Below, piece by piece: positions 28,105-38,456 of a stretch of DNA of 64,000 nucleotides. How positions within the stretch are numbered: the first letter of the stretch is position 1; each line of letters starts with the position of its first letter. This DNA comes from Cypionkella sp. GTDB taxonomy: Bacteria; Pseudomonadota; Alphaproteobacteria; Rhodobacterales; Rhodobacteraceae. The stretch is taken from contig JANPLZ010000056.1 of NCBI GenBank assembly GCA_031422555.1, positions 1,026 through 65,025 on the forward strand. Reading direction: 5' to 3'. The notes under the pieces were generated by a model, which was given only the letters and a program-made list of their open reading frames with translations, was not told where the DNA came from and searched no databases. A program made the position numbers and the translations under genes.

Positions 28105-29484
28105 ATGGACGGCTACGCATCTGCCAATGACATCAGCGAAGTCATCGCTGCCGACAAGCGCCATGTCTGGCACCACCTGATCCAGCACAAACAGTTCGAA
28201 ACCAATGATCCGCGCATCGTGGTCGAAGGCCGGGGCATGCGGGTTTGGGATGCGCGCGGCAAGGAATATCTGGATGCGGTTTCGGGCGCTGTATGGACGG
28301 TAAACGTCGGCTACGGGCGCGAAAGCATTGCCAACGCGGTGCGCGATCAGTTGTTGAAGATGAACTATTTCGCAGGGGTCGGCGGGTCTATTCCCGGCGC
28401 GATCTTTGCCGACCGGTTGATTTCCAAAATGCCGGGGATGAGCCGGGTCTACTATTCAAACTCGGGGTCCGAGGCGAATGAAAAAGTCTACAAGATGGTG
28501 CGGCAAATCTCGCACAAGCATCACGGCGGCAAAAAGTGGAAGATACTTTACCGTGAACGCGATTATCACGGCACCACCATCGGCACGCTGGCCACCAGCG
28601 GCCAGTTGGAACGCGCAGCGCAGTATGGGCCATACCCGGACGGCTTTGTGATGGTGCCGCATTGCCTTGAATACCGCGCCCAGTGGGATGTCGAAAATTA
28701 CGGTCTGCGCGCCGCGAATGCCATTGAAGAGGTGATCTTGCGGGAAGGCGCCGACAGCATCGGCGCGTTGGTGCTGGAACCGGTCACCGCAGGGGGTGGC
28801 GTGATTACGCCCCCCGCAGGCTATTGGGACCGGGTGCAGGAAATTTGCGCCAAATACAACATCTTGCTGCATATCGACGAAGTGGTTTGCGGCGTCGGGC
28901 GCACCGGCACGTGGTTTGGCTATCAGCATTACGGCATCAAGCCCGATTTCGTCACCATGGCCAAAGGCGTCGCCTCGGGCTATGCGGCGATTTCTTGCAC
29001 CGTGACAACAGAGGCGGTGTTTGATCTGTTCAAGGATGATGCGGGCGATCCGATGTCGTATTTCCGCGATATCTCGACGTTTGGCGGCTGCACGGCGGGG
29101 CCGGCGGCGGCGCTGGAAAACATGCGCATCATCGAAGATGAAAACCTGCTGGATAACACCATTCGCATGGGCGCGCGGGTGATCGACAATCTGAACGCGC
29201 TGATGGACAAGCACAAAATCATCGGCGATGTGCGCGGCAAGGGGCTGTTTTGTGGCGCCGAACTGGTGGCTGACCGGATCACCAAAGAACCCGCACCCGA
29301 AAAGATGGTCGCCGCCGTGGTGGCCGATTGCAACGCCCAAGGGGTGATCATCGGCATGACCAACCGCTCGGTGCCGGGGTTGAACAACACGCTGTGCCTG
29401 TCGCCCGCGCTGATTGCGACGCCCGATGATATCGACCAGATCACCGATGCCATCGACCGCGCGCTGACACGCGTGTTTGGATAA
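28105..29484 (+). CDS. tpa: Class-III (omega) aminotransferase, probable taurine:pyruvate aminotransferase
   Basis: ATG at 28105 after AAGGGG. 459 aa PLP fold-type I class III ('SGSEANEKVYKM', 'HIDEVVCGVGRTGTWFG', 'DFVTMAKGVASGY' with the PLP Lys). The functional call is from context (tauR, xsc, tauE, soeABC adjacent). Confidence 0.65.
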   Translation: MDGYASANDISEVIAADKRHVWHHLIQHKQFETNDPRIVVEGRGMRVWDARGKEYLDAVSGAVWTVNVGYGRESIANAVRDQLLKMNYFAGVGGSIPGAIFADRLISKMPGMSRVYYSNSGSEANEKVYKMVRQISHKHHGGKKWKILYRERDYHGTTIGTLATSGQLERAAQYGPYPDGFVMVPHCLEYRAQWDVENYGLRAANAIEEVILREGADSIGALVLEPVTAGGGVITPPAGYWDRVQEICAKYNILLHIDEVVCGVGRTGTWFGYQHYGIKPDFVTMAKGVASGYAAISCTVTTEAVFDLFKDDAGDPMSYFRDISTFGGCTAGPAAALENMRIIEDENLLDNTIRMGARVIDNLNALMDKHKIIGDVRGKGLFCGAELVADRITKEPAPEKMVAAVVADCNAQGVIIGMTNRSVPGLNNTLCLSPALIATPDDIDQITDAIDRALTRVFG

Positions 29485-29544
29485 CCCCCGAACCGCCTTG
29501 TCGCCCCTGCAAAACAACTGCGGGGGCGAACCCACTTCCCTTAT

Positions 29545-29590
29545 CCTTTCATCTGTTCTTAAATATCCCCGCCGGAGGCATCCCGCCCTG
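29545..29590 (+). repeat. Intergenic repeat family 1, partial/degenerate copy D
   Basis: CCTTTCATCTGTTCTTAAATATCCCCGCCGGAGGCATCCCGCC shares 'TTCATCTGTTC..AAATATCCC' with copy A. Confidence 0.35.
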
Positions 29591-29611
29591 TCGCCAAGAC
29601 CATAGGCCGCC

Positions 29612-31099
29612 ATGCCGATCCCGCCCGAAGCCTTTGTGCTGCCCGGCCCCGCGCGCGGCACCTTGCAGCAACGCATCCGGCAGATGGTCACCGAAGGCGT
29701 GTTGTCGGGCCGCTTTGCGCCGGGGCAAAAGATGCCGTCCTCGCGCGGGCTGGCGCTGCATCTGGGCATCAGCCGCATCACGGTGACGCTGTCTTATGCG
29801 GAATTGATCTCGGCGGATTACCTGATGGCCAAGGGCCGGTCGGGCTATTACATTTCTGACACAGCGCCGCGCGCACCCGACCTGCCCAGCCTTGCCGCCC
29901 GCAGCGAAAGCCCCGATTTTGCCCGTCTGACCGGGCAGCGGTTTTCGGCGGTGGCGGCCGTGGCGCGCCCCACGGATTGGGAAAGCTATCCCTATCCGTT
30001 TATCTACGGCCAATCCGATGCCAGCCTGTTTGATCACCAAAACTGGCGGCTTTGTGCGTTGCGGGCACTTGGGCGGCGCGATTTTGTGGCGCTGACCCAA
30101 GATTACTATGACCGCGACGACGCGTTGCTGATCGAACATCTGGTGCGGTCAATCCTGCCGCGCCGCGGCATTGCGGCGCGCGAGGATGAGGTGCTGCTGA
30201 CCCTTGGCGCGCAAAACGGGCTGTGGCTGGCGGCAGCAACTCTGCTCGGGCCGGGGCGGCGGGCGGTGGTGGAAAATCCGGGCTATCCGGGGTTGCGCGG
30301 CATTCTGGATACGTCGGGCACCACCGTTATCCCGGTCGATGTCGATCAAGACGGGCTGCCGCCCGACGCCATTCCGCCCGGCGTCGATGTGGTGTTCACC
30401 ACCGCCAGCCATCAATGCCCGACCAATGCCACCATGCCGCTGGACCGTCGGCTGGCTTTGCTCGCGGCGGCGGCGCGCGAAGGCTTTGTCGTGGTCGAGG
30501 ATGATTATGAATTTGAGATGTCGTTTCTCAAACCGGTGTCCCCGGCGCTGAAATCGCTCGATGCCGATGGCCGGGTGGTTTATGCCGGGTCGTTTTCAAA
30601 GTCGGTATTTCCGGGCTTGCGGCTGGGCTATCTTGTTGGCCCTGCCAGTTTTATCCGCGAAGCCCGGGCGCTGCGGCTGATGATGCTGCGCCATCCGCCG
30701 GGGCATATCCAGCGCACCGTCGCGTATTTTCTGGCGCTGGGCCATTACGATGCGCTGATCAACCGGATGCGCAGCGCCTACCGCCGCCGCCGTCAGGTGA
30801 TGGACGAAGCGATCCGCGATCATGGGCTGGGCATGGCCGGGCAGGGCGGCTTTGGCGGATCAAGTGTGTGGATGCGCGCGCCGGACGGCGTGAACACCGA
30901 AACGCTGGCCGCCACGCTGCGCGCCGAGGGCGTGCTGATCGAACCGGGGCGGACGTTTTTTGACCCCAAAGCAGCGCCACAAAACTTCTACCGTCTGGGG
31001 TATTCCTCGATCAGCCCGGCGCGCATACCCGAAGGGATTGCCCGGATTGCAAAGGCGGTTCAATCTGGGGCGGTGCAATCTGGCCTTATCCAGCCTTAA
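29612..31099 (+). CDS. tauR: MocR-subfamily GntR regulator (wHTH fused to a PLP aminotransferase-like domain), TauR-like
   Basis: N-terminal GntR wHTH 'LPSSRGLALHLGISRITVTLSYAELISADYL' plus a roughly 370 aa fold-type-I aminotransferase-like domain ('SFSKSVFPGLRLGY'). Rhodobacter capsulatus TauR is this type of protein. Confidence 0.7.
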   Translation: MPIPPEAFVLPGPARGTLQQRIRQMVTEGVLSGRFAPGQKMPSSRGLALHLGISRITVTLSYAELISADYLMAKGRSGYYISDTAPRAPDLPSLAARSESPDFARLTGQRFSAVAAVARPTDWESYPYPFIYGQSDASLFDHQNWRLCALRALGRRDFVALTQDYYDRDDALLIEHLVRSILPRRGIAAREDEVLLTLGAQNGLWLAAATLLGPGRRAVVENPGYPGLRGILDTSGTTVIPVDVDQDGLPPDAIPPGVDVVFTTASHQCPTNATMPLDRRLALLAAAAREGFVVVEDDYEFEMSFLKPVSPALKSLDADGRVVYAGSFSKSVFPGLRLGYLVGPASFIREARALRLMMLRHPPGHIQRTVAYFLALGHYDALINRMRSAYRRRRQVMDEAIRDHGLGMAGQGGFGGSSVWMRAPDGVNTETLAATLRAEGVLIEPGRTFFDPKAAPQNFYRLGYSSISPARIPEGIARIAKAVQSGAVQSGLIQP

Positions 31100-31172
31100 T
31101 GACTGGCCCTAAGGCGGGCCAGCCCGTCCGGTTAAGACAGAACGACCCCTTTTGCCCTTGAGGAGACGCAGG

Positions 31173-32951
31173 ATGCGCATGACCACCGAAGAGGCTTTCG
31201 TCAAAGTGCTGCAAATGCACGGAATTGCGCATGCGTTTGGCATCATCGGATCGGCGTTCATGCCCATTTCGGATTTGTTTCCCCGCGCGGGGATCACGTT
31301 CTGGGACTGCGCGCATGAAGGCTCGGGCGGGATGATGGCGGACGGCTATACGCGTGCCACCGGCAAAATGTCGATGATGATCGCGCAAAACGGCCCCGGC
31401 ATCACCAACTTTGTGACCCCGGTAAAAACCGCCTATTGGAACCACACACCGCTGTTGCTGGTCACCCCGCAGGCGGCGAACAAGACCATTGGCATGGGCG
31501 GCTTTCAAGAAGTGGAACAGATGGCACTGTTCAAGGATATGGTGGCCTATCAGGAAGAGGTGCGCGACCCCTCGCGCGTGGCCGAAGTGTTGAACCGGGT
31601 GATCCTGAACGCGCGGCGGCTGTCTGCGCCCGCCCAGATCAACATGCCGCGCGATTACTGGACCCAAGTGATCGACATTGATCTGCCCGCCATGGTGATG
31701 TTTGAACGCCCCGCGGGGGGGGCAGAGGCCATCGCCGCCGCCGCCGATCTGCTGTCAGCCGCGAAATTTCCCGTCATCCTGAACGGCGCGGGCGTGGTTC
31801 TGGCGGGCGCGATCCCGGCGTCGATAGCTTTGGCCGAACGGTTGGAGGCACCGGTCTGCGTCGGCTATCAGCACAATGATGCCTTCCCCGGCAGCCATCC
31901 GCTGTTTGCCGGACCCTTGGGCTATAACGGCTCCAAGGCAGCAATGGAGTTGATTTCCGCTGCGGATGTGGTATTGTGTTTGGGTACCCGATTGAATCCG
32001 TTTTCAACGCTTCCGGGATACGCGCTGGACTATTGGCCAGCTTCGGCCAAAATCATCCAAGTCGACATCAACCCGGATCGTATCGGGCTGACCAAGAAGG
32101 TTACTGTTGGCATTGTCGGCGACGCTAAATCCGTCGCCGAAGCGGTATTGGCGCGTCTGGCCCCTGCCGCAGGTAACCATGCGCGCCTTGAACGCCGGGC
32201 CAGGATTGCCCAGACAAAATCAAGCTGGCTGCAGGCGCTGTCGTCGATGGATCACGAAGACGATGATGCCGGCACTACATGGAACGCCCGCGCGCGGGCG
32301 GCCAAACCCGACTGGATGTCGCCTCGCATGGCGTGGCGGGCAATTCAGGCGGCCCTGCCGCGCGATGCGATCATTTCATCCGATATTGGCAACAACTGCG
32401 CCATCGGCAATGCCTATCCAACGTTCGAGCAGGGCCGCAAATATCTGGCACCGGGGCTATTTGGCCCCTGCGGATACGGTCTGCCCGTGGTGGTGGGGGC
32501 CAAAATCGGCTGTCCCGATGTGCCGGTGGTGGGGTTTTCCGGCGACGGGGCCTTTGGCATTGCGGTGACCGAACTCACCGCCATCGGACGGCCGGAATGG
32601 CCCGCCGTCACCATGGTGGTGTTTCGCAACTACCAATGGGGCGCGGAAAAGCGCAACTCGACGCTGTGGTATGAGGATAATTTCATCGGCACCGAGTTGG
32701 ATCTGGGCGTGTCTTACGCGGGCATCGCCAAGGCCTGCGGCTTGCAAGGCGTGCTCGCCCATACGATGGACGAATTGACGGCTGCCTTGCGTCAAGCGGT
32801 GATCGACCAGATGCAGCACGGCAAGACCACCCTGATCGAAGCGATGATCAATCAGGAACTGGGAGAGCCGTTCCGCCGCGATGCAATGAAAAAGCCGGTG
32901 GCCGTGGCGGGAATTTCGGCGTCAGATATGCGCCAGCAAGTGGCCGGGTAA
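31173..32951 (+). CDS. xsc: Sulfoacetaldehyde acetyltransferase (ThDP-dependent)
   Basis: 'MRMTTEEAFVKVLQMHGIAHAFGIIGSAFMPISDLF' is the characteristic Xsc N-terminus. ThDP motif 'GDGAFGIAVTELTA...NYQWGAEK'. GAGGAG RBS. Confidence 0.9.
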   Translation: MRMTTEEAFVKVLQMHGIAHAFGIIGSAFMPISDLFPRAGITFWDCAHEGSGGMMADGYTRATGKMSMMIAQNGPGITNFVTPVKTAYWNHTPLLLVTPQAANKTIGMGGFQEVEQMALFKDMVAYQEEVRDPSRVAEVLNRVILNARRLSAPAQINMPRDYWTQVIDIDLPAMVMFERPAGGAEAIAAAADLLSAAKFPVILNGAGVVLAGAIPASIALAERLEAPVCVGYQHNDAFPGSHPLFAGPLGYNGSKAAMELISAADVVLCLGTRLNPFSTLPGYALDYWPASAKIIQVDINPDRIGLTKKVTVGIVGDAKSVAEAVLARLAPAAGNHARLERRARIAQTKSSWLQALSSMDHEDDDAGTTWNARARAAKPDWMSPRMAWRAIQAALPRDAIISSDIGNNCAIGNAYPTFEQGRKYLAPGLFGPCGYGLPVVVGAKIGCPDVPVVGFSGDGAFGIAVTELTAIGRPEWPAVTMVVFRNYQWGAEKRNSTLWYEDNFIGTELDLGVSYAGIAKACGLQGVLAHTMDELTAALRQAVIDQMQHGKTTLIEAMINQELGEPFRRDAMKKPVAVAGISASDMRQQVAG

Positions 32952-32962
32952 TGCGGTGGTCT

Positions 32963-32990
32963 GAAATTTTCGGCGAAAAATTTCCGCCGG
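32963..32990 (+). repeat. Intergenic repeat family 2, short copy
   Basis: GAAATTTTCGGCGAAAAATTTCCGCCGG lies 12 nt after the xsc stop. It shares the TTTTCGGCGAAAAAT core with 54583-54652 and 61334-61389. Confidence 0.35.
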
Positions 32991-32998
32991 CCGCCGCC

Positions 32999-33739
32999 AT
33001 GCCGTTTGATCTTGGCCCCGCCGCGTTGATCTGGATGGGCGTTGCCATCTTGGTCGCCGCCTTTGTGCGCGGCTATTCCGGCTTTGGCTATTCGGCGATG
33101 GTGATCGCGGCGTCCAGCTTGGTGACCAACCCTTTGAACTTTGTCGCCGTGGTGGTCATTCTGGAAACCGTGATGTCGCTGCAAGCGGCGCGCGGCGCGG
33201 GCCCCGATATTGATTGGCGGCGGGTGGGCTGGCTGATGGCGGGGGCCGCGGTAGGATTGCCGCTGGGGCTGTGGATTTTGACCGGATCCAGCGAAGATAC
33301 CGCCCGTGCGGTGATTGCGGGCTATGTTCTGCTCATGTGCGGCGTGCTGCTGGCAGGCTGGCGGCTGGCAGCCGAAGTGCGCGGCACCGGCAATGTGCTG
33401 GCGGGTCTGGTGTCCGGTCTTGCCAATGCGCCGGGCATGGGGGGCCTGCCGATTGCTGCGTTTTTCGCGGCCCAACCGATGCGCCCGGCGGTGTTTCGCG
33501 CCACGCTGATTGCATATTTTCCACTGCTTGATCTCTATTCCGCGCCTTTGTATTGGCTGGCGGGGCTGGTCAGTTGGGATACGCTGTGGGCGGCGCTGAT
33601 GGCGTTACCGATCACAGCTTTGGGCAATTGGCTGGGATCGCGGCATTTCCTGACCACCGACCCACAGGATTTTCGCCGCTTTGCCATCGTTTTGCTGGCG
33701 GCGCTGGCGGCGGCCAGCCTGATCAAGGCGGTGATCTGA
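32999..33739 (+). CDS. tauE: Sulfite exporter TauE/SafE (TSUP) family membrane protein
   Basis: Multi-TM protein. 'FVRGYSGFGYSAMVIAASSL' is the typical TSUP motif. Start moved to the ATG at 32999 because the first 16 codons of the listed ORF translate repeat family 2 (SEIFGEKFPP). Confidence 0.7.
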   Translation: MPFDLGPAALIWMGVAILVAAFVRGYSGFGYSAMVIAASSLVTNPLNFVAVVVILETVMSLQAARGAGPDIDWRRVGWLMAGAAVGLPLGLWILTGSSEDTARAVIAGYVLLMCGVLLAGWRLAAEVRGTGNVLAGLVSGLANAPGMGGLPIAAFFAAQPMRPAVFRATLIAYFPLLDLYSAPLYWLAGLVSWDTLWAALMALPITALGNWLGSRHFLTTDPQDFRRFAIVLLAALAAASLIKAVI

Positions 33740-34768
33740 ATGCAGATGCTGGTGGTCAACGCCGGATCATCATCCCTGAAACTGGCGCTATACGATGCGG
33801 CCCTGACCGAGGTGCGCGCTGCCCGGATCACCGAAATAGACGCGGCCGGCCATGGCCCGGCTCTGCAGGCGGGTCTGGCACAGATGGGCGTTGATGTGGC
33901 GCAACTGACCGCCGCTGCCCACCGGGTTGTGCATGGCGGCGCAACCCTGACCGCGCCCTGCCGTCTGACCGCGCAAACCATCGCGGCGATTGACGCCTGC
34001 ACCCGGCTTGCGCCGTTGCACAATCCCGCCAATCTGCTGGCGATCCGGGCGCTGGCGGCGCTGGCGCCCGGTCTGGCGCAATTTGCAAGTTTCGACACCG
34101 CCTTTCACGCCACCAACCCCGCCGTGGCCACCAGATACGCCATCGCGCCCCACCATCACGCCGCGGGCATCCGCCGCTATGGCTTTCATGGCCTCAGCTA
34201 TGCCGGTTTGGTGCAAAGCCTGCCCGCACAGTCTGGCGCGCCGTTGCCAGACCGTTTGCTGGCGCTGCATCTGGGCAACGGCGCGTCGCTGTGCGCGATC
34301 TTAGGCGGCCAGTCCGTCGCCACCACCATGGGGTATTCGCCGCTGGACGGGCTAAGCATGGGCACGCGGGCGGGCAGCATCGACGGCAATGCGGTGTTGG
34401 CACTGGCGCACATCCACGGCATCGACGGCGCGGCGCATATCCTGAACCGTGAAAGTGGCTTGCTGGCTTTGGGCGGGCACAGCGACATGCGCGCGCTGCA
34501 GACCGCAGGCACCCCCGAAGCCCACTTTGCCGTGCAGCATTTTTGCTATTGGGCGGCGCGGCACGCGGGCGCGATGATGGCGGCGATGGGCGGGCTGGAT
34601 GCCATCGCCTTTACCGGCGGCATTGGTGAAAATGATGCAGCCGTGCGCACAGCGATTCTGGATCAACTGGCGTGGGCGGCGGCAGGCAAGCCGGTCTATG
34701 TGGTCGCCGCCGCCGAAGAACGCCAGATCGCGCAAGAGGCGATGGCCGAAATCAGGAAGGGGCGCTGA
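33740..34768 (+). CDS. ackA: Acetate kinase (compact, 342 aa)
   Basis: 'LVVNAGSSSLKLALYD', 'HRVVHGG', 'APLHNPANL', 'FDTAFHAT', 'RRYGFHGLSY', 'LHLGNGASLCAI' and 'FTGGIGEND' are all canonical acetate/propionate kinase motifs. TGAATG junction with tauE. Confidence 0.8.
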   Translation: MQMLVVNAGSSSLKLALYDAALTEVRAARITEIDAAGHGPALQAGLAQMGVDVAQLTAAAHRVVHGGATLTAPCRLTAQTIAAIDACTRLAPLHNPANLLAIRALAALAPGLAQFASFDTAFHATNPAVATRYAIAPHHHAAGIRRYGFHGLSYAGLVQSLPAQSGAPLPDRLLALHLGNGASLCAILGGQSVATTMGYSPLDGLSMGTRAGSIDGNAVLALAHIHGIDGAAHILNRESGLLALGGHSDMRALQTAGTPEAHFAVQHFCYWAARHAGAMMAAMGGLDAIAFTGGIGENDAAVRTAILDQLAWAAAGKPVYVVAAAEERQIAQEAMAEIRKGR

Positions 34769-34917
34769 TATTCCGTGTCCAGCCCCAAACACCGAACGAA
34801 ATTCCGGATTGATTGGGTAAATTGCAACGCCGTGTCGCAAACAGGCTTGTTCGCTGAAAATCTTCCGTCCAAACTGCTTTAACGTCTTGGCGCATACCCT
34901 GCAGCATAAAGGCCGCA

Positions 34918-37722
34918 ATGACCGTTCAGCCCAAAATCAACCTCTCGCCTCCGGTATCGGATGAGGTGCGCAAAACCACCTGCTATATGTGCGCCTGCCG
35001 CTGTGGCATCGACGTGCATCTGAAATCGGGCCCCGACGGCAAAGATCGCGTCAGCTATATCGAAGGCAACCGCGACCATCCGATCAACAAGGGGGTGCTG
35101 TGCGCCAAGGGTGCCTCGGGCATCATGCAGGTCACCGCCCCCAGCCGCCTGCGCGCGCCCTTGCGCCGGGTTGGCCCGCGCGGATCGGGCGCGTTTGAGG
35201 AAATCTCATGGGATGAGGCGTTGCAAACCGCCGTCGACTGGATGAAACCCTTGCGCGAAACCGCCCCGGAAAAGCTGGCGTTCTTTACCGGGCGCGATCA
35301 GTCGCAATCCTTTACCGGCTGGTGGGCGCAGGCTTACGGCACCCCGAATTACGCAGCCCACGGTGGGTTTTGCAGCGTAAACATGGCCGCCGCCGGTATT
35401 TATACTATCGGCGGCGCGTTTTGGGAGTTTGGCCAACCCGATTGGGAGCGCACAAAGCTGTTCGTGCTGTTTGGTGTCGCCGAAGATCACGACAGCAATC
35501 CGATCAAGATCGGTCTGGGCAAATTGAAAGAACGCGGGTGCCGCGTGATCGGGGTGAACCCCATCCGCACCGGCTATAACGCGGTCGCCGATGATTGGAT
35601 CGGCATCACGCCGGGCACCGATGGGCTGCTGATCCTGTCGCTGATCCATTGCCTGCTGGTGGCGGGCAAGATTGATCTGGACTATCTGGCTAAGTTCACC
35701 AACGCGCCTTTGCTGGTGGTGGACACCGGCCCCGACAAAGGCATGATCGCCAAGAACGCCGAAAGCCAACCCTTTGTTATAGACCGGCGCACCGGCATGC
35801 CTGCCCCATGGGACGGGCGTGGCGTGCAGCCCGATCTGGGGGCGGTTTACGGCGGCAACCGCACGGTTTTTCAGCATATGGCGGAGCGCTATCTGTCGCC
35901 CGATTACGCGCCCGAGGCGGTGGCAGACCGCTGTGGCATCGCGGCCGTGCGCATTCACGCGCTGGCGGCAGAGCTGGCGCAGGTGGCGTTTGATCAGGCC
36001 ATTGTGCTGGATCAACCCTGGACCGATTTTCGCGGCGATACCCATGAAAATATGCCGGGCCGCCCGGTATCCTTCCACGCCATGCGCGGTATTTCCGCCC
36101 ATTCCAACGGCTTTCAGACCGCCCGCGCCCTTCATCTTTTGCAGATCATTCTTGGCACCGTCGAAGTGCCCGGCGGCTACCGGCTAAAGCCGCCCTACCC
36201 AAAACCGATGGAGGCGCATCCCACCCCGCATTTCGTCACCGCCCCCGGCAAACCGCTGTCCGGCCCGCATCTGGGTTATGTGCGCGGCCCCGAAAATCTG
36301 GCGCTGCACGAGGACGGCACGGCGGTGCGCATTGACAAGGCCTTCACTTGGGAAAACCCGTTTTCCGCGCATGGCATGATGCACATGGTGATCCCGAATG
36401 CCCATGCCGGTAATCCTTACCGCATCGACACGCTGTTTTTATACATGGCGAATATGGCGTGGAATTCGTCGATGAATTCCGCCGCCGTGATGGACATGCT
36501 GACGGACACGGGGCCTGACGGCGAATACGTGATCCCCCGCATCATCTATTCCGACGCTTACGCCAGCGAAATGGTCGCCTATGCCGACCTGATCCTGCCC
36601 GACACCACCTATCTGGAACGTCACGACTGCATCAGCCTGCTGGACCGCCCCATATCAGAACCGGGGGCGGCGGGTGACAGCATCCGCTGGCCGGTTGTGG
36701 AGCCCGACCGTCCCGGACATGCGGGTGTGCGCCCGTTTCAGTCGGTGCTGCTGGATCTGGGCGTGCGGCTGGGACTGGCCCCGATGGTCAACCCAGATGG
36801 CAGCCCGAAATTCAAGGATTATGCCGATTACATCGTCAACCATATCCGCCGCCCCGGTGTGGGGCCGCTGATGGGGTTTCGGGGCGCTGATGGCAATCAG
36901 GAGGGGCGCGGTGATGCCAACCCGAACCAACTGGCGGCCTATGTTGAAAACGGCGGGTTTTATCAGGCGCATGTCCCTGATAATGCAGCGTTTTACAAGC
37001 CTTGGAATGCCGCCTATCAGGATTGGGCGGTGAAAACCTCGTTCTTTGAAACCCCGCAACCGTATCTGTTTTCGATCTGGTCCGAACCGATGCGCAAGTT
37101 TCAGGCCGCCGCCGAGGGTGTGGGCTTTGTGCAACCCCCCGACCACTTGCGCGAGCAGTTGAAAGTGGCGATGGACCCGCTGCCAACGTGGTATCCCCCG
37201 TTTGGTGATGCGGCGGCGGCGGAATTCCCCCTGCACGCGATCACTCAGCGCCCGATGGATATGTATCATTCCTGGGGCAGCCAGAACGCGTGGCTGCGCC
37301 AGATCAGGGGTAAGAATTACCTGTATGTGCCGACCAAAGTGTGGCGGGCCAACGGGTTTGAGCCGGGGGATTACGCGCGCGTCACCTCGCCCAGCGGGGA
37401 AATCACCGTGCCGGTGGCGCATATGGCGGCGCTGAACGAAAATACCGTCTGGACATGGAATGCGATTGGCAAACGCAAAGGGGCCTGGGCCTTGGACAAC
37501 TGTGCAACAGAGGCGACCGAGGGGTTTTTGCTGAACCATCTGATTTCCGAACTGTTGCCCGACCGCGGTGACGGACGCCGGATCAGCAATTCCGACCCCG
37601 TCACCGGACAGGCGGCATGGTTTGATCTGCGGGTGAAAATCGAACGGGTGGGCCCGCAAGGTCATGCCGAACCCAGCTTTGCGCCGCTGCCGCGCGTTGT
37701 GCCAAAAGGGGACAAACGATGA
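34918..37722 (+). CDS. soeA: Molybdopterin (bis-MGD) oxidoreductase catalytic subunit, SoeA-like cytoplasmic sulfite dehydrogenase
   Basis: 934 aa. N-terminal FS0 motif 'CYMCACRCGIDVHL...GVLCAKG'. There is no twin-arginine signal in 'MTVQPKINLSPPVSDEVRK'. It is followed by Fe-S and NrfD-type subunits, as in SoeABC, next to xsc. Confidence 0.75.
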   Translation: MTVQPKINLSPPVSDEVRKTTCYMCACRCGIDVHLKSGPDGKDRVSYIEGNRDHPINKGVLCAKGASGIMQVTAPSRLRAPLRRVGPRGSGAFEEISWDEALQTAVDWMKPLRETAPEKLAFFTGRDQSQSFTGWWAQAYGTPNYAAHGGFCSVNMAAAGIYTIGGAFWEFGQPDWERTKLFVLFGVAEDHDSNPIKIGLGKLKERGCRVIGVNPIRTGYNAVADDWIGITPGTDGLLILSLIHCLLVAGKIDLDYLAKFTNAPLLVVDTGPDKGMIAKNAESQPFVIDRRTGMPAPWDGRGVQPDLGAVYGGNRTVFQHMAERYLSPDYAPEAVADRCGIAAVRIHALAAELAQVAFDQAIVLDQPWTDFRGDTHENMPGRPVSFHAMRGISAHSNGFQTARALHLLQIILGTVEVPGGYRLKPPYPKPMEAHPTPHFVTAPGKPLSGPHLGYVRGPENLALHEDGTAVRIDKAFTWENPFSAHGMMHMVIPNAHAGNPYRIDTLFLYMANMAWNSSMNSAAVMDMLTDTGPDGEYVIPRIIYSDAYASEMVAYADLILPDTTYLERHDCISLLDRPISEPGAAGDSIRWPVVEPDRPGHAGVRPFQSVLLDLGVRLGLAPMVNPDGSPKFKDYADYIVNHIRRPGVGPLMGFRGADGNQEGRGDANPNQLAAYVENGGFYQAHVPDNAAFYKPWNAAYQDWAVKTSFFETPQPYLFSIWSEPMRKFQAAAEGVGFVQPPDHLREQLKVAMDPLPTWYPPFGDAAAAEFPLHAITQRPMDMYHSWGSQNAWLRQIRGKNYLYVPTKVWRANGFEPGDYARVTSPSGEITVPVAHMAALNENTVWTWNAIGKRKGAWALDNCATEATEGFLLNHLISELLPDRGDGRRISNSDPVTGQAAWFDLRVKIERVGPQGHAEPSFAPLPRVVPKGDKR

Positions 37723-38456
37723 CCACTTTGCCCGCCACAACGGTGAAAAAACTGGGGTTGGTGATTGATCTGGACACCTGCGTTGGCTGTCAGGCCTGTG
37801 TGACGGCATGCAAGGGTTGGAACGATCAGGGCTACGGTGCGCTACTGTCGGATCAAGATCCTTATGGCGCAAACCCCTCGGGCACGTTCTTAAACCGCGT
37901 TCACAGCTATGCCGTGCAACCTCCTGAGGGCGCAGCACAAATCATAAACTTTCCGCGCAGTTGCCTGCACTGTGAAGACGCGCCCTGCGTCACCGTTTGC
38001 CCCACCGGTGCCAGCTATAAACGCGCCGAGGACGGCATTGTTCTGGTCAATGAAGATGCCTGCATGGGCTGTGGGTTGTGCGCCTGGGCTTGTCCTTACG
38101 GCGCGCGCGAGATGGACGCCGATGCGGGGGTGATGAAGAAATGCACCCTGTGCGTTGACCGGATTTACAATGACAACCTGCCAGAGGCAGACCGCGAACC
38201 GGCGTGCGTGCGCGGCTGCCCGACCGGGGCGCGCCATTTCGGTGATTTTGCCGATCCAGGCAGCGCGGTCAGCACACTCAGTGCGGCGCGCGGCGGTTAT
38301 GCCCTGATGCCCGATCTGGGCACCCGGCCCACCAACCGCTATTTGCCGCCGCGCAAAAAGGATATGCGTCAGGACGCAAGCCTGCTGGCCCCGCTGTTGG
38401 ACATTCAGGCCACCGGGTTTGCCGGTTGGCTGGACCGTTTGTTGGGCAAGATCTGA
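37719..38456 (+). CDS. soeB: 4Fe-4S ferredoxin-type subunit, SoeB-like
   Basis: Cys clusters 'CVGCQACVTAC', 'CLHCEDAPCVTVCP', 'CMGCGLCAWACP' and 'CTLCVDR...CVRGCP'. ATGA overlap with soeA. Confidence 0.8.
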   Translation: MTTLPATTVKKLGLVIDLDTCVGCQACVTACKGWNDQGYGALLSDQDPYGANPSGTFLNRVHSYAVQPPEGAAQIINFPRSCLHCEDAPCVTVCPTGASYKRAEDGIVLVNEDACMGCGLCAWACPYGAREMDADAGVMKKCTLCVDRIYNDNLPEADREPACVRGCPTGARHFGDFADPGSAVSTLSAARGGYALMPDLGTRPTNRYLPPRKKDMRQDASLLAPLLDIQATGFAGWLDRLLGKI

